This document shows positions 63,720 through 64,000 of a DNA stretch of 64,000 bases, in pieces; position 1 is the first letter of the stretch; each line of letters starts with the position of its first letter. The notes under the pieces are model-generated. The model was not told the DNA's origin, did not search any database, and saw nothing but the letters and a program-made list of their open reading frames with translations. This stretch comes from Octopus sinensis (lineage: Eukaryota), in NCBI RefSeq assembly GCF_006345805.1, contig NC_043014.1:3596001-3660000 (forward strand), in the 5' to 3' direction. Position numbers and translations under genes: made by a program.

Positions 63720-64000
63720 AATGTATATATATAGTTAAATTTAATCCAAACAAAAAAGCACAAAGAAACACACAACGCCGTGGACGTTGAACAAATATAG
63801 TATTATTGAACGCTCAGGAAAGAAGGAGGGATTAGCGTTTCGGGTGGAGCTCTTCGTCCGAAACATACGAGATGGAAAGATCCAGAGAGGAAACAGAGGG
63901 AAAAAATCGCCAACGGTACACACGCGGTCACATTTGAATGACCGGAGGAAATGGGTGAAGAAAAGTTCTTTCAAAGACAGTAGAGTGGTAGAGGAGGAAG

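Overview
AT-rich, microsatellite-dense eukaryotic DNA. The SINE, LINE and Helitron families fit an octopus/cephalopod genome (inference). One 100-N gap lies at 42035-42134. Main structure: a ~27 kb head-to-head inverted duplication (arms ~5381-18446 and ~21259-32430, spacer ~2.8 kb). Each arm carries a 4-coding-exon gene for a signal peptide, three Ig domains and a probable GPI tail, with dead Tc1 and mariner elements in intron 1. The two copies differ at 26 of 112 codons in the first Ig domain. All 26 change the amino acid, none is purely synonymous, and they cluster in CDR-like loops. The other exons and the dead transposase differ at only ~4-5% of residues. This suggests a diversifying recognition receptor. 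Right of the palindrome are a minus-strand transmembrane exon with candidate Tyr-motif tail exons, tandem Tx1 LINEs sitting in (TATC)n, and a direct duplication of ~15 kb period with RTE and Helitron fossils. Frameshifted exons of a short-chain-collagen-C4-like gene follow. Many foldback elements with hammerhead-ribozyme-like motifs (Penelope-like) are scattered throughout. All counts and alignments were made by eye; no database search was run.
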